Source: an uncultured virus (IMG/VR IMGVR_UViG_3300038805_000372) (Duplodnaviria; Heunggongvirae; Uroviricota; Caudoviricetes). Taken from it: DNA of 20,000 nucleotides. The DNA lies in the IMG/VR virus record IMGVR_UViG_3300038805_000372. The stretch is one strand, 5' to 3'. Numbering within the stretch: position 1 is the stretch's first letter; the number at the start of each line of letters is the position of its first letter. The position numbers were made by a program, and so were the translations under genes. Under the pieces are notes generated by a model that saw only the letters and a program-made list of their open reading frames with translations, ran no database searches and was not told the DNA's origin. Below, piece after piece: positions 16,094 to 20,000 of the stretch.

Positions 16094-16124
16094 ACTATAC
16101 AACACAATATCTTTATTATTAGTT
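16094..16124 (-). promoter_or_regulatory. phage-specific promoter motif copy 4 (AACTAATAATAA-N13-TATAGT)
   Basis: Same box and 13-nt spacer as the other copies. Confidence 0.7.
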
Positions 16125-16578
16125 ATTTCTTGCCTTTTGGCTTTTTAGCGAACGCTACGCGCATTGCTTGTTCGATTTGCGTTTGTTCGCGCTCGGCAAC
16201 CCAAGCTGGTAATGGATTAACCACGATGCCGATGGCGACGCTTGGAATCACGATATATAGTATGCGTTGTATTTTCATTACATTTTCAGCAATTACGCTT
16301 GTCATAAATAGAATTAAGACCAATGGCACGATGACATACATTATGCCAACGATAATTTGCTTTACTAACCCTTGTTCTAATGCCTTAACAATGCGCGACA
16401 AGGCATAAAAAATTGGTATGGACACGATAGCGATTAAAATTAACGACCAACCGCCCATCATAAACCGTCCCTCGACATTAAATAAATCATAGTAATAATT
16501 TATAGCAAGAAAAGGCACTATGCAGGTAAAAAACATAAATGCGATTAACTTAACCCAAAACTTTGTTCTATCGCTCAT
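16123..16578 (-). CDS. 4-TM membrane protein with a basic C terminus (holin-like candidate)
   Basis: Four hydrophobic helices and a KKPKGKK tail; located after the tail genes. Confidence 0.6.
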   Translation of the reverse strand: MSDRTKFWVKLIAFMFFTCIVPFLAINYYYDLFNVEGRFMMGGWSLILIAIVSIPIFYALSRIVKALEQGLVKQIIVGIMYVIVPLVLILFMTSVIAENVMKIQRILYIVIPSVAIGIVVNPLPAWVAEREQTQIEQAMRVAFAKKPKGKK

Positions 16579-16589
16579 GATAAATTACC

Positions 16590-17090
16590 TTAAAGCGTTT
16601 CAGTATAATCTACTGCGTTTTCAATTTCGGCGATGGCTTGTTCTTTGCGTTCTTCTTTTGCCGCTTGTTCGGCGACAAACTCTTTAACTTCTTCTTTTAC
16701 CTTTTCAATTACAACGGTTTTAATGCCTTTGACCTTTGATACATTTTCAATCAAAGCAAGTTTAGATTGTGGATCAGTGCTATTTGATAACACTAAACTT
16801 TCGACCTGAACTTTGGCAATAGCTTCAATGTTCTTCAAATATTCAAGGATAGGCGATAATGCCTTATCGACCGCAATAGTAATAACTTCATCAATCTTGC
16901 TTTCCACAAGCGGTGTTAATTCGCTCATAATGTCATCTTTAATTTCGGTTGGTGTCAGTGCTTTATATTTGCGGTATTTCGACCATATGATTCCAGCCCA
17001 AGTTAAAATGCCACTTGAAGCTAACCAAGTCATCAAGACGGTAAACTTCTCAAAATCGAATGTTGCAAACCAATTCATAATTTCATCCAT
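16590..17090 (-). CDS. N-terminal TM + coiled-coil protein (166 aa)
   Basis: One TM followed by a helical charged domain; AGGAG SD. Confidence 0.7.
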   Translation of the reverse strand: MDEIMNWFATFDFEKFTVLMTWLASSGILTWAGIIWSKYRKYKALTPTEIKDDIMSELTPLVESKIDEVITIAVDKALSPILEYLKNIEAIAKVQVESLVLSNSTDPQSKLALIENVSKVKGIKTVVIEKVKEEVKEFVAEQAAKEERKEQAIAEIENAVDYTETL

Positions 17091-17094
17091 ACTA

Positions 17095-17292
17095 TTAAAT
17101 CTCCTTTAATGCTTTCGCAATTTGTAATCTCAAAGTGTTTAATTCACTTTTCAATTCTTCGCATTTCGCCAATCGCTTATCACGATCAACTAACAACTCA
17201 TCAAGCGATGCAATTTCAAACTTGCCATCGCCGGTGCAAACGAGCAAATCGCCCTTTTTCGCTTTCTTTAATTCCCTAATGCTTATTTCCAT
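17095..17292 (-). CDS. small hypothetical protein (65 aa from ATG 17292)
   Basis: GAAAGGA SD before ATG 17292; C-terminal coiled coil. Confidence 0.65.
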   Translation of the reverse strand: MEISIRELKKAKKGDLLVCTGDGKFEIASLDELLVDRDKRLAKCEELKSELNTLRLQIAKALKEI

Positions 17293-17306
17293 ATTATTCC
17301 TTTCTA

Positions 17307-20000
17307 TTAATCTAATATCCAACTAAATGTATTGACACCATCTAATACCGTTAATTTCAAAGTGTATGTGCCATTTCCGGTTGGAAGTGCTGGTAATGTT
17401 TCGACAACACCACTATTGCCATTACCTAATAATGAGCGTGTGATAATTTCCGCAACAAGGTCATTTCCAATCGCCGAGAAGTGTGTGTCATTAAGCATAT
17501 TTGTATCGAAGAATGATACACCGCCTGTAATTTTGGCTTTGCTATTTGGGAAGTTATTGTAAAGGTCAATCGTTGGAATGCCATATTCCCTTGCGACATC
17601 TATTTGTGCTTTACGATAAGCATAATAATCGCCACCACCATAATTGACACTTTCATCGTATCTTTTTTGCGGTAAGACTAACCATATCTTTTTGGCTGGG
17701 TATTTTGTTGCAAGTCTATCATAGGTTAAACGCATCGCACCATAGAAAGTAGTTGCGGACTTATTCGTAGTTGCCGAACTGCCAAGTGGTGTTGCCAACT
17801 TGAAGTCATTCATTGAACTAATGATAATGACATCGGCACTCGCACTTGTATCTTCGGTTAAAACACGATTAACAATAGCAGAAGCAGCGTCTTGCTGAAC
17901 AGTATTTTCCGCCCAAGCACCCCCGCTCAAACCAAAGTTTAGAACAGTTGCACCAAGTTTTTTAGCAAGTAAGGCGGGATATGATGTATCTTTTTGGTCG
18001 CCCACACCACTCGGATCGCTTGTTGGATTGTTGCTTTCTCGACTATCGCCCCATATCGCTATGACTTTATCTCTAAATGGATTGTCAAGGGCGGTCATTC
18101 GGGCTTCGAGAACGCTAATTTTACGATTTGGTGATTGAATACCAGCATTATATTCAAGGACACTATTATCGGTATCAGTAATCGTATCGCCAAACACAAT
18201 ATTTAATTTGTCGGTCTTTGGTATAAACTCTAATACACCAAAATCAATGGCACTAAACTCGAAACTATCGGTTTCATTTGCTTTGGCGGTTAAACTACCA
18301 ACCAATGTGCGATTATATGCGATATAACCAATATCGGTGGACTTATCGTGTATCATCAAACGGAAGCGGTAATTATCGAACACATCATCATCTTTGAATT
18401 GTAATCTCAATGTGAGTGTGCCATCACTTTGTATCGTTCCCGTATTAAAACTGACATCGGGTGTCGGTGTTTCGCCCTCTGGCGCAGTCATTTTATAAAT
18501 GCTATTAGCCAATACGACACTTGTGCCATCAAATAATTCAATAGTCGGTAAAGTGCTGACCGCAGTAATATCGCCACTTTGGAATAACCGCTTAATTGAC
18601 ACTCTATCGCCACTAACGACATCTAATATACTTGCTTTTAAGGTAATCGTGTTATTGGCAGTTGCTGTGCCGCTAATGACAAACTCTTGGGCTAATGCGT
18701 TATAACCGATTGTAATGCCACTAACTGCGGTATAGGCAATATCGCTTGTTCCCATATCGAGTATGTTAGCGGTGCGATTATAGACATCGACATCGGTATT
18801 ATTGGTTGCTTCGGGCATTGCAAACGGAAGGAGTTTAGTCCCTTCATATAAAGCAACCTTAAACTTAAAATCAGTAAAGACCATACCCGCTTTATAAACT
18901 TGGAATACAAGCGTTTGACCGCTTGATCCATCGATATTCGGGTTAGCACCATCGGGCTTTAAGTCGCCAACACCATTGATATATGGGTCATATAAACTTT
19001 CACTGTTTTCATTGATACGATTACTAACACTTGTTCCACTAATTAAATAACCGCAATAAGAACCATTAAGGTCAATCGTCCCACTATCGAAGTATCGCAT
19101 AAGTTGTGTAGTCGTGCCAACGGGCAAACCAAAGTTCATACCCGTTTTAAGTATAATATTACCAGCACTTGTAGTTGTGCCATTGACCGTAAACATACCT
19201 GTCGTGTCATCATAGGTAATTGTTAAACCAAAACCCGTAATATTTGAAGCAATCGTATTGACTAAAAGGTTAGCCACCGACTGTCCACGACCTTCGACTT
19301 TTAATATGTTGCCAGACTTAATGCCCTCTAATTGATAATACTCAAACTTTTCGCTTGTAATACCGACAAAACTATCATAAACATCATTATCGACATCAAT
19401 GCCTAACTTTTTAATTAACTGCTTTTGATTTAATCGTAAGGTATCAAGGCGTTCTCTTGCTTCTTTTAAGTATTCACTATGTGTGGAAACTTGTGCCGAT
19501 GTGTTTTGAGCATATTTAACCTTGAAATCGGCTGGAACACCACTATCGTAAATGGCTTCAATTTGCCCATAATTCCAAGCACTAAATACTTTACCTAATG
19601 GACTTGCTTCGGCATTACCATTGGCTTTAACGATATAACCATCTTGCCAATACTCGCCACTTCTTAAAGTAATATCAAGTGGTAATTCGTCAATGACTTG
19701 CGGGTAATAAATAGCATCGCCATCATTATATTTAAGTGATATGGCAGTATCAGCACCATCGGGGTATAGAGCATTGATAACACTATCGGGAAAACCATTT
19801 TGCACCCATATATCCATTTGTGCTTTAATCTCGTCATTTGTTAAACGAGAGAATAATGTGCCATTATCATCGGCAACACCCTTTTTGATAAAATCGGTAA
19901 TGTTATAAACATTGATATTATCAACAAAGTAGAAGGAATTAATAGCACCATTTGTAAAGACACTAATACCTAAATTAGTGGTAGTGATATTAGAGGAAAA
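17307..20000 (-). CDS. tail fibre / receptor-binding protein with a C-terminal SGNH/GDSL hydrolase domain; 5' truncated by the window
   Basis: Frame is open to position 20000 (FSSNITTTNLG...). Beta-rich repeated modules; SGNH blocks IAIWGDS, NFGLSGG, SSMND and DTHF. Confidence 0.8.
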   Translation of the reverse strand, partial: FSSNITTTNLGISVFTNGAINSFYFVDNINVYNITDFIKKGVADDNGTLFSRLTNDEIKAQMDIWVQNGFPDSVINALYPDGADTAISLKYNDGDAIYYPQVIDELPLDITLRSGEYWQDGYIVKANGNAEASPLGKVFSAWNYGQIEAIYDSGVPADFKVKYAQNTSAQVSTHSEYLKEARERLDTLRLNQKQLIKKLGIDVDNDVYDSFVGITSEKFEYYQLEGIKSGNILKVEGRGQSVANLLVNTIASNITGFGLTITYDDTTGMFTVNGTTTSAGNIILKTGMNFGLPVGTTTQLMRYFDSGTIDLNGSYCGYLISGTSVSNRINENSESLYDPYINGVGDLKPDGANPNIDGSSGQTLVFQVYKAGMVFTDFKFKVALYEGTKLLPFAMPEATNNTDVDVYNRTANILDMGTSDIAYTAVSGITIGYNALAQEFVISGTATANNTITLKASILDVVSGDRVSIKRLFQSGDITAVSTLPTIELFDGTSVVLANSIYKMTAPEGETPTPDVSFNTGTIQSDGTLTLRLQFKDDDVFDNYRFRLMIHDKSTDIGYIAYNRTLVGSLTAKANETDSFEFSAIDFGVLEFIPKTDKLNIVFGDTITDTDNSVLEYNAGIQSPNRKISVLEARMTALDNPFRDKVIAIWGDSRESNNPTSDPSGVGDQKDTSYPALLAKKLGATVLNFGLSGGAWAENTVQQDAASAIVNRVLTEDTSASADVIIISSMNDFKLATPLGSSATTNKSATTFYGAMRLTYDRLATKYPAKKIWLVLPQKRYDESVNYGGGDYYAYRKAQIDVAREYGIPTIDLYNNFPNSKAKITGGVSFFDTNMLNDTHFSAIGNDLVAEIITRSLLGNGNSGVVETLPALPTGNGTYTLKLTVLDGVNTFSWILD

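Noticed and set aside
731..18952. Many antisense or alternative-frame ORFs in the track (e.g. 731..1003, 7345..7569, 8493..8831, 10069..10320, 16813..17109)
   Set aside because: They are shadow ORFs overlapping well-supported genes, with no recognisable motifs.
1..20000. CRISPR array, tRNA genes, integrase/transposase, reverse transcriptase or DGR, alternative genetic code
   Set aside because: No repeat-spacer periodicity, cloverleaf or relevant catalytic motifs seen. Genes are intact under the standard code with TGA used as stop.

Overview
AT-rich bacteriophage (or prophage) segment using the standard genetic code (TGA acts as stop in ATGA/GTGA overlaps), probably from a low-GC Bacillota/Mollicutes-like host (inference). 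Left end: 3' part of a large + strand protein, probably virion-associated. Everything else is on the - strand. Reading right to left: a tail/receptor-binding protein with a C-terminal SGNH hydrolase; a cluster of membrane proteins; a terminator; a sigma70-like early promoter; two early genes each preceded by a P1-type twister self-cleaving ribozyme whose 3' P1 strand overlaps the Shine-Dalgarno; small HTH proteins; a recombination module (SMC/Rad50-like ATPase, RecT-like protein, MBL-fold nuclease); a replication initiator with internal iteron-like repeats; a C5 DNA methyltransferase; a DedA/TVP38 membrane protein; and many small accessory ORFs. The most notable features are the tandem RBS-fused twister ribozymes, a four-copy non-canonical promoter motif (AACTAATAATAR-N13-TAnnnT), and a hairpin RNA with an anti-SD loop starting right at one of those promoters. 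Together they suggest an RNA-rich phage regulatory cascade. All calls were made by eye, without database searches.
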